Source: Candidatus Bathyarchaeota archaeon
Lineage (GTDB): Archaea > Thermoproteota > Bathyarchaeia > TCS64
Length of the DNA stretch: 64,000 bases
Assembly (NCBI GenBank): GCA_043826455.1
Contig: JBDRQD010000048.1
Span: 128,001 to 192,000 of the forward strand
Direction: 5' to 3'
Below the pieces are notes generated by a model that saw only the letters and a program-made list of their open reading frames with translations, made no database searches and was not told the DNA's origin. Of this stretch, positions 63,763-64,000 are shown one piece after another. The position numbers and the translations under genes were made by a program. Numbering within the stretch: position 1 is the first letter of the stretch; each line of letters opens with the position of its first letter.

Positions 63763-64000
63763 TTGATTAAAACAATTAAATTCATAACAGAAAAAACCAT
63801 GGTTTTTTAAATATTTTAGTACTTGGCGTGTTTTTGAACTGTGCTTTTCTCTCTATTTAACTTATGTACGGCATTTTTTAGGTATATATAATTGTGGTTA
63901 GTTTTGTTAACATACACTAATTTTCCTTATTTTTGTCTCATCATTGTATACATAATCGTGTTGCCTGTAGACATACATATAAGTACTATACTCTGGTTTG

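Overview
GC-rich archaeal chromosomal segment. eL13/uS9/uL13, pantoate kinase, RadB, CarS, TATA-box promoters and an Ech-type hydrogenase point to a TACK-type archaeon; Bathyarchaeia is plausible but is my inference. Core content: feoB with a DtxR-family regulator and its operator, two ilvBN copies plus ilvC, thrC, a heterodimeric ABC exporter, ribosomal proteins, tRNA-Gly(GCC), a six-gene Ech-like [NiFe]-hydrogenase operon, a complete Ku/LigD-type NHEJ gene set and many housekeeping enzymes. Most striking observations: (1) both ilvB copies carry the same leader architecture of two back-to-back tiny ORFs (MG(YR/NC)FV...stop-ATG-MGYR(F)I(L/I).stop) with alternative hairpins, resembling branched-chain-amino-acid leader-peptide attenuation in an archaeon; (2) EchD is fused to a GltD-family Fe-S flavoprotein with an NADP(H)-type motif; (3) an unannotated 48-aa peptide with four Cys-Cys pairs lies divergent to a Cys-Cys-containing Lrp regulator; (4) a candidate ~140-nt multi-helix RNA; (5) two small low-GC islets bounded by direct repeats. 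All product calls come from motif recognition by eye; no searches were run.
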